Shown piece after piece: positions 37,715 to 53,100 of a stretch of DNA of 64,000 nt. Source of the DNA: Lingula anatina (taxonomy: Eukaryota; Animalia; Brachiopoda); the NCBI GenBank assembly GCA_051362555.1, contig CM120641.1, positions 17,050,001 to 17,114,000 of the forward strand, in the 5' to 3' direction. The first letter of the stretch is position 1. Each line of letters starts with the position of its first letter. The notes beneath the pieces were generated by a model that was given only the letters and a program-made list of their open reading frames with translations, did no database searches and was not told where the DNA came from. A program made the position numbers and the translations under genes.

Positions 37715-39459
37715 TAGTCGCGGTTCATGCATGACATGGAGCGTAAATAACACACTTCGTGAGGTGTGCGCACACATACCGCCAAACGACTATAACCACT
37801 CTGTGGTAACCAAAACTGATCTCCCTGAAAACTTCTGTTATAATTCTATTTCTTATTAGAAAGTATATGTTTAGAATTCATACTATTGAAGATGTATGCA
37901 CAAAAGATGAGGTTCTGAAAACGTGTTAGAGAATAAAAACCACACTATTTAAACGTATGCAAACTCACGGAACAATGTGGGTTTAGTGACGCCAATTGCA
38001 ATTTAGAAGAATGCGTAACGAATAAGTATTGTTTAAAGTAGAGGCTTTTTAATTCACCTAAAATCAGTTTCCCTATTTTAGAGCAAGAAAATCTTTATTT
38101 AAATCAGGTGACATTCCCCCTAGTACTCCACCTCTCCCAGTAATTATTCAAACTGACCCTAAACAAAGTAGCAAGCAGTCCCACCATCTATCAGTAGGTT
38201 GTTAACCTGAAGGCTGAGTAGTGATGTAGGCAAGCCTGGAGTCCTGTCCTGGTATACTTCTGCTGCATACTAATGTGGCGGCTCTGTCACCTTTCCTCTG
38301 ATGGTCTTTGCCAAGACCAAACGCCCAACAGGTGCGTGTCCCTGTGGCACAAATGTCCAAGGCCGAGTTTAACCTCGCGGATAATTTTTACGTGTTGTTT
38401 ATAGTCCTTGCTTTTATACATACTTTAAGCTGTGCCGCTGATTTGCTTCACTTTTTTTTTGTTCAAGGCATAAAATCATTAGCATGCTTTTGCCCCTTGC
38501 TTCTCCTTGATATAAATGTCCCTTACATGAAGAATGCAGCCAGGTGCTTTTAGGAAAAGTAAAAATGAAACCACGGAGTTTGTTTGGTTTATTACATGGG
38601 GTAACGCACCAAACTTGTGATGAGAGAATAGACTCAATGTAGTGTCGAAACGGACGTGTTTGCACACATTACACTGCACTTCGTCCGTGCTAGAAATGTA
38701 TCTTTGGGTAATACAAACTTGCTGCCATGACCATTTAAAAGCAAAGTTATTTGGACCAGTTGACATGTGCTTCGTGCATGATGTTGCGCTTGAAGATCAT
38801 GTCAATACAATGGCGTAGGTGACTGGGTGTGTCCTACACTAAACTCTTCACTTTGCGAAGTTCACCGCCTAAAATGAGTATTATGATCATCCCAGATATG
38901 ATCTAGGGTTAGGGGAAGGGGTGTCCATCTGTCCATAAATTGGTCCTGATGGATATAGGCACGTGTAGATCTGTAAAAGAATCGTCGGCCTTCGCGGATG
39001 ACGATTTCACGGTCCAAACACAAGACTACTGTAAGGAGTCTGCCTGTGATAGGCATGATGAAGTGACAACCAATGACAATTAATGCATGGGAATTAACGC
39101 ATTGCATATTTATGTGTTCGGATGTCTTTGTAGGTGACGTTTTGACAGCGACTCATATTACTTGAGGTAAATCGGTACCCCATACATGCTTAATGTCAAT
39201 TTATTTTTACAGGAGGATACGCCAGTCTATATAGAGCACATCGCCGACTCCGTGTACTCATTGGTACATCTTTCACTTTTGGATGTTCTACGATTTTGGA
39301 CTCTGTGCAGTGGTAGATTTTGAGGATGTACCGCCATAGGATTTATACCTGTTGCACCCCTGTGGCGCCACCAATGCTTGCTCATTAATGCCCCAACTCA
39401 GAGAATAGGGGGATTTGAAATGAACGTGTTGCTTAAAATTTAAAAGAACAACCAATAAC

Positions 39460-39537
39460 ATGGATTCTAAAGAAAAGAAGAAGAAGAAAAGTAGCTCCAA
39501 GGACAAGAAGCGAAGACACAGCTCAAGTTCCTCGCAG
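39460..39537 (+). CDS. Alternative first coding exon of the plakin gene (MDSKEKKKKKSSSKDKKRRHSSSSSQ)
   Basis: ATG in good context (AACATGG) and a strong phase-0 donor (CAG|GTAAGC) compatible with the phase-0 exon at 52159. An upstream acceptor (TTTTTACAG, 39212) would define exon 39213-39537. Confidence 0.6.
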
Positions 39538-41124
39538 GTAAGCACACAGTGATAGTCACTTACAATCAGAGCTGGCTGTTTCAAATCTACCTAACAAATA
39601 GCATTTTATCTTGTTTCGCTTAATCATCCATGCAGAGCTTTATTTTATCAGTACTATATTGAGAACAACGCAATTTTTTTTTTCCAAATTTTTCCAAGCT
39701 GATTGCATGCGTGTCATAGACCATTATTCGGTGTTGTCAATCTCTAAAACTTTTATAGATTGCCATGTCTGACATCGACGCGTGTTGTATTAGGACTCGT
39801 TAGTGCACCTGTCAACGAGTTGTCTTGGCACAGACTAATTTATATAATTAATGACGAGAAGGTCAACTGTCTTTTCCTCGACGGCAATTTCTGAATGGCG
39901 ATGAATATAAGATCACACCTAACACATTTCAGCACAATCAAGCACCGCCAATACTCCTTTGGGCAAATGCATTAATTCCATTTTGTATCATGTTGAATAC
40001 TCGCTTTTCTACATTCTTCAGTGAAATATTCTGTGGAAAACTTTTGTAAAATTCAAGTGCCTACACAGCTATGCAAAACTGGTATGAAAACTGCTTGTGT
40101 TCCCAGTGGTCAACTCGTTCTGAAGAATATCCGATTTTGTCAGGCATTGAAAATCGCTTGTAAAATATGAAATTTAAACTTTAACATCTACATGATAAAC
40201 CACAAAAGCAACAGTAAAGGGTAATACTAGTTGCGCAGAACACAAGAGGTTTGAAAATGTTGCTCAATAGCGATCCTGAAAAATCAATCTTCGATTTTAT
40301 CGAGTTTAGGTCTGGATCTAATTCCCAATGATTTTCAATTAGTACACGCTATATTATGTTACAGTAAAAACTTAACACTGAGGTGTGCAGCGAATGCCAG
40401 GTTATCAATATTTAGCAAAATATTAATCTTTCAAACCCATTATAAAACCATTATAGAAAGTTAATATTTCTTATGTAACATTCAGTAAACTTCTATAGAT
40501 TATAATATTATTGGCTGTATTCTATCATTATGAGTGTGACCGTCGGCTAGGGTTTGACGGTATTTAAACAAAACCAATGTAATGGCGTGTAACAATCCAC
40601 GTATAGTAAAGGTTACAAATTGCTGCATATAATAGTAGAGGACTGTATTTATTGAATCAACATTAGCATTGAATGGCCGGAGAAAGGCAGGCATTTGATG
40701 TAAGGTAATTACGCACGAGAGTTCCCATGGACAAAGGTGCAATATGTGCCCCTCAATGGCGCTATTGTCACGGTGGGATGATGGAGAACGACATACCTGT
40801 ACGAGAAGCTGGTTATTATTCGCTGGCGTAAGTAGGGGCAGGCAGAGTGTCAAGGCATCGATCAGACTTTAGAACTTTGGGTTTTATTCATTTTAAATCA
40901 ACCGGCAACGACGCGGAATAGAAGTGACATTTTACCAAGGATGACCCGGGCCCCAATCGCCATTCTGGCCACTTACTTCGCCCAGTCGGACCACAGGTTG
41001 ACCAGAACGTGTAAATGATGATTAAAAGTGAGTCAGTCCATTTTGCTGACCACCGGAAGAGCACCAAGGCCCAGGCCCAGTGTTTGTATGCGTAAAGTTT
41101 AGCGATCTCAAGAGATGAACAAAT

Positions 41125-44100
41125 ATGGCCAGTAAATCACCGAGTAAACCCAGCAAAGGAAAGCGATCCTCAAATACCTCTCCCCCTAAGGTAAGACAAT
41201 GTCACAGAGTAAATATACTGACAGTAAGAACTGTTGTAATACAATAGTTAAGCCGCCGGCCACCCTTGTATGTAGTTCCTGTGTTGTGCTGCGTTATAAT
41301 ACAGTGAGGGTCGGGGATGAGGAAGGCGGGATAGCCCTAGAATGGACCGTGTCTTACACTGTGATCTGCACTGTTAAGTACATGTCGTGTGAACAGACAG
41401 ACGGCTGGTTGTAGAGACAAGTGGTCCCTGTGTCTTCAGACGGTAAGATAACATCATCTATGACCATTCCAGGTGTGTAATTAGGTTAACTGGGATGGCC
41501 AACGTGCGTGGGATATCACGACGAACACCTTGCGTGTGTGAGCGGAATGATGACAACCTTGATCCTTTTATACCGTTTGTGTACATGTCAATTTAGTGTA
41601 CACACTGGCATCTGAAAATTGAATGAACGATTAAGTGTTCGAACTGAGCCACCAAGGAATAGCTAGTATACCCAGTGTGTAGGCTAGTGAGGCATAGCAT
41701 GGTATGCAAACATTTCGATAATACATCACTACGGCGAAGTTTTTTTTCTCATGCCATACATACGTTCATAGGTAAAAGACACCTCGGTTTGTTGTTGTGC
41801 TCAGTGTAAAAGAGACCCCCTCCCCCCTCCGCACCCACCCCTTCCTCGGGGGTAACATTTCAGGCTGATGGATAATGCTTGGCTGTGCTGGTAGACACGA
41901 CCACAGAAAAAGGGGGTTCAGATTTGAAACTCTTACTGTCCTGATCTTGAATTCACAGTCATTCGTATATTTCTTAGCAGTACAATCAAAATGTAGAAAG
42001 AAAATCCTGGACAGATACTACAGCGCAGTGCCATGTAGATTGGACTTTGCTGTATTATTTGCACGGTAAATTCAATCTTGCAACAAGCTGTAGACTTGAA
42101 ATCTAGGCACTTGAGGAGTCGAGACTATTTATTGTCATTGATATTGAGAATTAAGTGAATTATATATTAATAACAGTCATCATCATGGTTTATGATTATA
42201 TCGGGTTTCTGTCGCGACGAACGCCAGACGAGTGCTAGACCATACTTGACCGTCCCCTCCCCCTCTCTGTTACAGGTCAGTTATTATTGAGACTGGATAT
42301 AGGCCTATATGAAATATCAATATTCTTGGTTATTGTGAGTTATAATACTGAGTTTAAGATGTTTCTAGCGATTTGTTTAACTAGCACCAAATGAAAATAG
42401 ATATCTTAATTTTAAGATGAGGTCTAATATAAAACGGGAAAAAGCTTGAAATATACCATTTGACAGACTCCAGTTTCACAGAAAACATCTGTCAGTTTTG
42501 TGTTTAAGTATCAGGGGCGGATCTAGGAATATTTTGAGGGGGTGTTCACAAACGCGAAGCCCCCCCCCCCCCCCCCCCCCCCCGGTTGGCGTGGGGTTCG
42601 GGGCCCTTTAGCCCGAAAATTTCAAGTATTTAAGAGGACGAACGGTGCCATTTGGTACTGTTTAGTACTATAAATCAGCTGGTCAAAATTCTAATTCCAA
42701 GAGGGGATTTTATTCGTCCAAATTTCAGCTGAACATTTAAACAAGTGCACGGCATAACTGTACATCAGTTTATGCACTATATTTCATAAAAAGTGTTTGC
42801 AGAATATTTCATATGTCACAAACTAACAATTTCTGCCACTATGATACTAATAGGTAATACAACACCTTAAAAGGTTTTGTTAATCGTTTTGTGTTACATT
42901 ACTGACCGCGACATGACAATTTCAATTTGTCACGCGCTTTGGATGAATTGTGACAAACTGCACCACTACCACAATCTGGTATATCTCCTCTGTAATACTT
43001 GATGTACTGCAGGCGAGCAGCGACCATTGGCATTAGACCGTGGTCAGAGCCCATTGGCTCATTTTAGGAATTCGTTGTATACATTGGTTTCGAGAATTAT
43101 AAATGTAGGCGAAAAATTGTTGTAAAATAAAACAGCCTAAAATTGTGTAAATAGTTAACAATGTGCATTTCTAATGATACGAATCGTTAACGATATGCAT
43201 TGCTAATGATAATTTTTAAGTTGAAGGAAAATGATAAACCATTTAAAGAAATGTGAGTCCGTATTTTTGTGTGATATGTATCACAGGTGGATACACATGG
43301 TACTTGGGAACATGATGTGATGACAGTGACCTGTACATATATAATACATAACTGGGCGCTGGTCCACACACCTTTCTGTAACGTTGCCGCTCCCAAATTA
43401 CCTTGCTTTTAGTTATTAATCAAACGGGCTCATTTATAAACCTTTCATCGGCCTGAGATGCGTTCACGTTGGGACTAATTTTGGCCAGAAATCGATCCTG
43501 TAAGCGTCATTCGACGACCAGACTGTCAAAAAGCGATGAGATTCCCGTCTTCAAGTCGTCTGGCAGCGCCAGTTGGGTCTTAAAAATAATCCCATTGTGA
43601 ATGCATCTACATAGGGTATCGGTCTACCACAATGACAGTAGGTTAAAATCTCAACACCTTGAAGATTTGACTGCCTTAAAAGGAGATGCTAGGCACAATA
43701 AACGATCGTAGGCTATGGAATCACTTTTACATGTAAATAGCACCATGTTGTGCAAGTGAAGTCACTATAAGTCACAACACAGTCAGGTGGGGGATTAAAT
43801 GGGCGGGTAGGTCGCGCAATTAACTCTATGCATCCGTCACCGTAACACGTACTGTCACTTGAACTTAATGTAGTATTGTTTTCATAACCTCCGCAACTTT
43901 CGAAATAAAGTCAGAAAGCTACGTTCTATTTAAGGCGGTGAGGTAAATTAAAAAACCACAGAAGTGGAAGTCCGATTATCAGACAACATTCCTATTGAGT
44001 GAGCTAGTCAAAAGATACTAGCAAAGTTGTCGGACAAGTCGGACTACATTTCAGTCACCCGTCATTCAGAGGTTGACTGACTGTTTTGTTAAACTCTCTA

Positions 44101-47100
44101 AGCCTTGTGGATTTTTTTCATTGCGTTATTGCCGGAAAATATTCACCAAGTCATCAGTCGGTGTAATTCGGCCTTCAATTACACGCACGAGGTAAGAGCA
44201 AATCATTGTATAATATGCAATATTTGTATACCAGTCTAGCATTTTGAATACCATTATCATAGGACTACATCTTTTTTTGCTATATAAAATGAAGAAAATA
44301 TGCACACCTTGACCTATACGTAATAGTAGCATAAGTAATGTCAGTAAGCGATTTTGCCCTCCTTGTATAAAAGAGGTCGCTGGCAGCTATCTGTCATTAA
44401 AGGGCGGTGATACGCAGAACGCTATGCTTGGCTGGTCATAGAATACCAATGAACGCTGCAGTGTCACCTGACATGGCTTAACTGGTGCATCATTTATTTT
44501 AAGTCGGACATGTTCGGTCTAAACCGGGTTAACTCTTAAGCAGCGTGGTGTGTGTGTGTCTTACCTGTAGACGTAAGGCTAGGATTTAAAAGATTCTGAA
44601 CAGTGAGTGATCAAGTACACTCGTAAGTGGAAGCACTGTGGATACATGAGTGGTTGTAAGAGAAATCTCTTCAGGTATAATATAACCCCTGGGACTGAAC
44701 CGCCGAGATACTTCCATTTCAGGGGTGGGCCTACGTTTTACTACAGGACCGATCTCGCGAGCGACTACACATACAACATCTGTATCAAGGCGAAAACAGA
44801 TTTGATTTGACTCATTATTGATTCATTTGTATATGCTCCTCGTTTGATCAACTCTGACTCTTCAGTCGGGGGGCCGTGCATTTGACGAACACCACAGAAA
44901 AGGATAACACTGGGGTATGTATGTCAAAACAAGGCACGGCACTTAACGCTTAATACTTGCTGGAATGTCACTGACTGAATAGGATTTATTTTAAAGCTAC
45001 TCGCATGTCGCTGACGTGTACATTATATTCCACAGTCACCTGCATATGGTGTAGGCAACAAGCATTACCTTGATTTATGTCATTTATACCATCCCATTGT
45101 GTAATATTATTTGAAAAGGAAGATAGCAAATGGAATTTTAATGCTTCGATTTTATCGTCACGGAACCCTATATTATGTAGACTTCATTATCTTGAACGTG
45201 TTGCCAGCCTTTGATATGGGCGATACCTGCATTGTAGCTATTCTTAGCGATGTCATATTGTTAACAATGTGGCGGTGACGTTTACACTATCTATCTATTT
45301 ATATATATGCAAGGGAAATATCTAAGCCGGAAGACGGCGTTTGTCCGCTGTACGTTCGAGTGGAAATATATAGAGGAGAAAGAAAAAGAGGCGATTGATC
45401 ATACAGCCAGACACATCACACCTGTCTCTATCTGCCCCTTCTAGGTATCGTCCAAGATTTAGATACACTGTGTGACGAGTTTTTTTTATATATAACAGGC
45501 CTATTAGACAGCAATTCTGAGACAAAATGTAGCCTGTTTCAACGTGCTTAAGTTGTATTATCAATAATTACCTGGTATCAGCATGTCACAGGTACAATTT
45601 AGGACCTGCTAGGGCCTCAGGTCGTCGACAAAGGTTTAGATCTCTATTGTTTGTCCCGTATCAAGTGTCTTAAAAGTGTCATTTACACCGCGGTTTTCGG
45701 CCGGCTGTTGCGCCGTCATTATGGTCACTGTTGTTGTAACTGCAGTATTAGAACCATTGGACGTAACAGACAATAGCGCCTATAAGGACCGCGTCATTAC
45801 TGAAGCAAAGAGTTCAGTGGTAAAGAATTTCAAGTAGCAAGTGATAGGTGCATTAACAGAACAAATAAATATAATGTTGATAGTACTTTAACTGGCGTAA
45901 ATTTCAGTTAGGTTTAAGTGCCCAGTGGCTATCGCGTGTCCACCTCTCTCTCTCTCTCTCAGCATTTAAAGGGGGTGGGGACACGTTACTGAACAGCAAC
46001 AGTCCTTTAACTGTATAAAAATTGGTAGGATAAAAGTCTCAAATTTTAACAGTTATAACTGTTATAATGCTCCAATATCAAAATCCAGTGCAGGAAAAGA
46101 CGATTGTTGAATTATTGGAAACCTCTTTTATTTTCCCCTCTTTTCTTCATGTGTTTTTTCGTGTTGACCTGAAGCTTTTTTGGATTACGCGTGCCGGCAT
46201 ATTGAAATGAACTCCAAATTTGGCCTTAAGTTTGAATATAATTTTTTATATAGCCAGGTACTCATTGACACGATGCAGTGGCACCAGTTTTTAACATGTG
46301 AAATCCTCGCACACAGCGGCAACATGTCGGGTTTTACAGCGGATGAAATTACTCACGATCGCTGGTAATCAACGTATCCACTTTGATATTATTAGCATCA
46401 TTACACTTGCAGCGGTTTCTCATCGCTGTTATTAGCAGTCAGAATGTAATGGAAAGGTTCGAAATTCTTGATTTATTACACCTCCGTGTTAAATTCTTCA
46501 CGCCCGAATGATGCACGGTATAAATAATAAGCTTCATAACACTGCCACCCTAACAGACTTCCAGTCCCTCTATTAAAAGCATCCTGTGCCCAATTTGTAA
46601 AGTGATCCGGTTACGTTTCGGAACTTATTTTTATGAATCTGAAATAATGACTCGCCATTTAGCGCTTTGTTGCTAAACCCTCGTATTCGTTTATAAGACC
46701 AGAGAATATAAGATAAAGTAACCTAAGGACGAAAATGTACACAGACCTTATTGTGTCCTAAGTGAAGGGTTAATGGGGTTATAATTGAGCGCAATAGATT
46801 TTTGCAGTTAATTAACTATACTGCAAGGTTTTAGAGATTGATTTTCTACGTCTTTACACTTCTCTGTTCGTAGTGAACGCCATAAGGGAGACAGACAATG
46901 CATTGATCTGAGAAACCATGTTGCCACCATCACCTCTAACATTACATATTAATCCATTTAGTATACAGCTTGCTCTCATAATATTGAGAATTGATAAACA
47001 ACCAATTGTTTATCCCTTGTGCAAAACTTATGTGAAAACCCAATTATGTTTTGGCCCTCTCTGGATGGATCTGGAAATATCAGAGGAAATGCCTCTTTGG

Positions 47101-50100
47101 GTCTTAAAGTTTTTTAAGAAAACGAGGAAACATGTGCCCTTCTACTTTTGTGTGGCATTTTTCTATAGATAGGGGACTGGAAGTCTAAGTGCATCCTAAC
47201 GTTTCCAATGCGTCTGGTCTCTATTTTTCTCAGATTGCATAAAAATCACAATATCACAATGCATATAATTGAAAAAAAAAACAAACCAGTCAGAGGTGAC
47301 CCACTGGACATCAATAGTTGAACTATTTTGAAAGATAAAAATGAATTTGTCAAAAGAGCGACATGGGAGGAGTTTTTACATTGCTCTTGTTTTCATAAAT
47401 CAAGGTGTAGTCCTATCCTGCGGTGGCAGAGGGTGTGGCTCAGGTAACGTGACGCTTGTCCTGTCCACACCTATCGCCTACCCCTTACTTGTTAGCTGCA
47501 CTGATATATCTTCGACTTCTGTGTATAGTTGCGTAGTCTGAGGATTTGTTTGTCATGGGCGAATGTTTATTTACCAATGATAACCGATTGTCCAACGGGT
47601 AGGTCCTCAGCCATCCACGCAAAAAGAAATAAATTAGACAAGGTGAGCGTCGGGATGACTGTTTTTGAGGACAAGCAATGCCTCACGGGCAGAGAAACCG
47701 TTTGATACTTGTTTTGGAATGGATATTTCTAACACCGAGACACTAGCCGCAAGGGTCTTGCTGCTATCAGGAAAGACCAGTCGAAAACCGGTTACTCCTG
47801 CCTAGGAATTAGCTAGTTTACTTAATATTGGATTACCACCGATTTCAATTTCATCCTTTTTGGGCACTATAAACACTTTTTATTTCGTCTGAAGTGCCAT
47901 GATTTAATGTAATTTCAAGCTTCGATGGTTGTCGCTTCCAACAGAGTTCTCAAAGGACGGGGTCGAGCTGCGGCCGGAAAGGTCACACCTCAAAGGTCTC
48001 TTTCACCTAACGCAAAATCATCCGCTTACCTTGAAAATGTTTTCGTCTGCTCTTAATTTTTCTCTCCTGGGATTTTCTCGAAGCCTGCTTTGTTTTATCA
48101 GTTCCTTAAAAGATGCAACTTATACCCCAATCTTAAACTTTTTGTGATTGCTTTTGGTACCCAACTGCGTCGTGGTGTTTGCTTGAAAGTCAAATGAGCC
48201 TTTTTCTTGGTGAATACATTATGCTCTTTGGGAAGGTGTTCTGGAAATTTTAGCATCACGCTGGCAGACATCGCGATTTGACGGATATGATTGAAATAAT
48301 GATTCTACTGAGAAAGAAAAAAATGGTATCATATGTTAGGGAAAGCCTGCTTTTTTAAAACTTGCACCACTATTTCCTAAAGTGGCCACAGATGGCGTAC
48401 ACACGTCGGTGTTAATTGACGTTGAAAGTAAAATCAATTTGAGATTTACACTACTAGTAAATTAAGACAGATCCAGGTCGTCAGTGAACCTCATTAAGCC
48501 TTTGTAAAGATCACAAATATTGCGACGGGTTGAATGTATATTTACGTTCTTTAAAATACGATTTCATGACTGAGTCGTTTTGAACAATAACACAATGGGA
48601 AGTCGTAAGCTATCATTTTTCAGAGATTTTAAGGTAAATTCCCGAAGTGTAATGAAGAGCGAAACCTAAAAAAGTGGCTGGATTGTTCACGAAGGTTGTG
48701 ATATCAGAAAATATGTGACTTAACAAACACTAAAAAGTCAAACATTTCAATGTGTTGTTTTATTTAGTATTGAAGATTAAATGTCAACCAAACTCTTAGA
48801 TGTGAGTCACTGAGAGGTGACGTTGACACAAGTAAACAAACACTTACTTGGCCCAAGGTAAACGTCGGGTCAAGTGATAAGCAAGATATTAAAATCTGTC
48901 AATACTTAATGGCAGTTTAAAACAAACAAATGCAACTTTTACTAGCAATTTTACTTCCTAAATGTAGCAATTAAATAAGCGATCCAACATTAACGCCTGT
49001 TTCTTGGTTACCATCGTTCAACAGTAGATGTGTAGGGCTTAGTCAATATCAACTTTTTCTCTACACGACAATTGATTAATGCACCAAGAAAAGAACAAAA
49101 ACCTCCTTTTGTTCGTTTTATGAGATACGTATATCCCATGCCGTTGTTGATTCTAAGACATTTCAACTCACTATGAGCTATTAACGAAATCGAATCAATT
49201 GATTTAATGGCTTTTTATGTGATGATAGATGGGAGAGGATAAATTGATTTTAAAAAGGTTAAATTCATCAGTTTTCACCAGCCGAGTGCCTTTCCGTCAA
49301 AACATAGACTTTGTTGACCCAACCTATTTTATCACCAGTTAAACTATTGCATGGGTAGGCACAGAGAAGAGTCGCCGCGCCGTCGGCCTGAATCTCGAAG
49401 GATTTCAAATGAAATCATTGGAACAATTTCCTAGTGCAATTTTGTTTATTAATCGATCGTCAGAACCTGACTAGTAGAGTTTCTGTATCTTTTTAGATTT
49501 TTCACTTTTTTCCTTATTGGACCATCAGTTCTTTACGCCATATGAAACCCTAATTCAAACGTCAATAGTAATAATAGACAAGTTTGCTCAGTCGTACAAA
49601 GAGATGATGTACATTTGTCGGTCGTGTCACCTGCGGGTGTTCAGGTTATTTTGGATGGCTGACAAAATGCCGGGGACATCTCCAAGAGTAATTTGTACGA
49701 GAAATACCTGTTCTTGTGCGAAGTCATGTCAATACAAATACAACACTTGTGTGCAGATGGCTTTCTTTAACTGGGCTTGAAGAGAAAGAAAATTAGTTAT
49801 CACGTTTGTCAGTTTGGATATCCTAACGTGTTTATACGGTCGATTGAGATAACGGTAAATAAGGTAATCAACGTCAAGGGAGATACAGCGATCACGTTTC
49901 TCCGATTTAAGTGCCAAAGAAGGTTTCTCTGCTCGTGCGCTTTCCCACCTGTCCCTTCCTGGATCTGTGGCCTGTATTAAGTGAGGCAACACAGGTAGCT
50001 TGTAGAAGGACCTGTAGGGGTAGGGGATTCAGAAACAATCAAAATTAGAAACATTTGGTACTTGTTTAAATATTCCTTATTGTATCGTAGGTAGTCTTAT

Positions 50101-53100
50101 ATGGATGGAATTAAGAACACCTTTCTAAACAGCGCCGAAGGCTTATTTTCATTAACAACAATTGTGCTAATGAAAACAGAACTGTGTACCTTTAACAGAA
50201 ACAATACGACCATTCTCATCTCGAATTTTATAAATATAGTTAAGACACCGTTTAGGTACAGCCGAGCTTCCATAGTCAGAAGTTAAAGGGTTTTTTCTTG
50301 ATATTTCCTTAAAACTTTAAAGCAACGATTAGAATTTTGTGATCATAGAGAGAGAAAGAGATAATACGCATTGGGGTGCGTGCTCGATCAGGATGATAAA
50401 CTATTGATGACGGCCCTATTGAAGGACGATTTTCACAGTAATATGAAAGCAATAACAGTCAACCATAAAGTCGAGTATGAGACGAAAATTTAATTGCTTT
50501 TAATTGACAAAGATAAAGTACACCTTAAAAGGCGAATTGGACGAATAGTAATGCATCAAGATAAGGCGAGTTTTGTGGCTGATTGGTGTAGCAGGACATT
50601 TAACGTTCTGGAGGTACAATATTATGGTGGTTTTGAAGAGTAAATAAGGTGAAGTGACATTGGGCGTTACGGGAATAGTTTTGAAAACCTGATAAAAACC
50701 TGTATTGATGGAGTATTCCACGCAAATGATCAGCACCAATGCCTTCAATCAGTCACATACTTATCAAGGAAAACCTACCATAGTATAGATATAGCCTTTG
50801 CCATATATTATACCGGTAGTTATCCGGGACTCTCGATCTCTGATACCCCTCCTGACCCGTGACACTGAACTCTCTCAATACAAGATTGGACCCACATTAT
50901 CTATTTACCTGTAAAACTTGGCCATGGTGACTCATCTCGAGCATGTGCCGAGATATAAACACCAGAATCCAGAATCATGAACCGAGGTGGGGCCTTCAGC
51001 GGTGATAAAACCAATAAAACTTGATTTAGGGTGAGTCTGGGACAATGGAGATATGTTTTATGGTGTTTAGGGTGAAGTAATTGGAGTCCTAGCTGAAGAG
51101 TGAAGATCCCTTCTCTGTATTTTCAAGCACGTATTTGATGTTTACTTATTAGTGACAGTTTGATTTCATGGTTTAAGAAGTGATTTTATTCAGATATGAC
51201 TCTCTCACTGAATAATGATAATTATCAATCTTAAGTACTTGTATGGAGATAAAATAGATATTAATGCGGCATTTCACGTTTTTAAAAGAAAAGTATCTTG
51301 AGTAGAGGCACATATATCAATTAGTGTAATTCTCGGTGGTGATGCACTCATCATTCCGTGTGTGGCAGTAAACCATTTAAAATCGCAGTAAAGATTCTTC
51401 ATGCTGGTCTAATTTCCTCTGACTTTTCACTACCATCATCGTGCTGACATGTAGCATAGGTCACTGATATGTTATTAATATCAGTATGTAACATCTGTGG
51501 ACGTTTGTGTATCTGTCTCACCGATGAGCTTTATACCTTTTGTAGGTTAGTCATTGAAAATTAAGTGGGTTCCACGATATGACTAGCCAGAAGGAATCGA
51601 TAACGTTATCTTTAGCTGAAGTTTGATTACGCTTATTATCATTACGTAAAACACAATGTTCTAGGTTCACACGTTTAACAAGGTCCTTATGGCGGTCTTT
51701 CTACTTTTGATATAGCATGACTTAAGAGTATGTATTTATAACATTAAATGTCGTCATTATATAAAGATGGTGAATAATTCATGATCTTCAAAGACACGCA
51801 ATTCAGCTTGAGGCCATTGGGGTAGGAAAATAGAAAACATCGTCAAATTTTCGCGCTACGATCGTTCATGTAATACATCACTTCTTTCAGGATAAGTCAC
51901 TTTTCACATTTCTACAGGACGTCGCCTATACACAGACAGCATTGCACATCACCGGCCAGACAGTGATTTATTAATTATCCATTTGTTAGATTCTCCAAAG
52001 CGGAAGGAAGAAAGGGTCAGATTATCCTATCTGATTATTGTGCGTCGTACCACAGAGCGCTGTCCGCCCATACAGCAAGGAATTCACTGTTTACATCGAC
52101 TTTGAATTAAATATTGACAAGTTAACGGATTAAAACATGACTGTTGTGATTTTTACAGGGCAAAATGGGATCTAAGAAAGTGGTCAGCTCGCTGGAAGAC
52201 TGTATGATATGGATACAGCAGGAACAGGTGAGTACGAGAGAAATCAATGAATGCTCAGGTAACCTGTTAATATGACGGTTACCCCGGTGTTAATGGCGTG
52301 CTGGCTATGGACAGGTATGCAGTGCTTATGTTTTCATGGGAAGTTTTCATGAGTGAGCGTTGTGACAGTGTGGTTGTTTGGGGGGGGGGGAGATCTACCC
52401 TGGGGCCAGTCGTGAGATGTGAACATGGATGCAGTGTAAATGTTAAGCCGGGCTGTTAGCAGAGAGTACAAAGCATGGAGACGGTGTAAATGTAAATGTA
52501 AGCCTGAAGGCGAGCTTTTTGCTGTGCGCGTGACGACAGTGTTGTTTAAACGGATGCTTGCTCAAAGTTATAGTTCTCAGTATTAATAATGAAATATCTT
52601 AAAGATGATCTTGATTAAAGTAACCATAGAACATGGTTTTAGTTCATTCGAAAGTCTAAAGGGATTGGGAGTGATTCGTTATGTCAAAGGCGTTGCTATT
52701 TGTAACGTGGTGGTCAGTTTTTTTTCATCGTTCAAGTGAATGTGTATGTGCTGGTGAATGTTTGCGTGCATCAGTAACCATCAAAATTACTCCACGGAAG
52801 GACCATATTTGGTCACAGCAACTGTGATACAGCATGACTGTTTGCACCCTGGTCACCATGTATGAATGACATAGTTCAGCCATTACCTGTCTTCATTGTT
52901 CTTACAATACACTGCATTCCTCACCGTTAAAACGTTATTTTTCCCCAAAAAAACATTTTGTTTGACCTTAAATCAGCTTCAAGCCAAAATCCCACCATAT
53001 GAACACCTGGCTTAATCACCAGAATGTCATCTTGCACGAACATTTTGACCGAGCTTGTTGCCGCTTTAATACATTCTCCTCGAACCTCCGGGTGTTAAGG

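Noticed and set aside
42000-52000. Numerous 60-90 aa ORFs in the long plakin intron
   Set aside because: No recognisable domains or consistent splice chains; lengths are as expected by chance.
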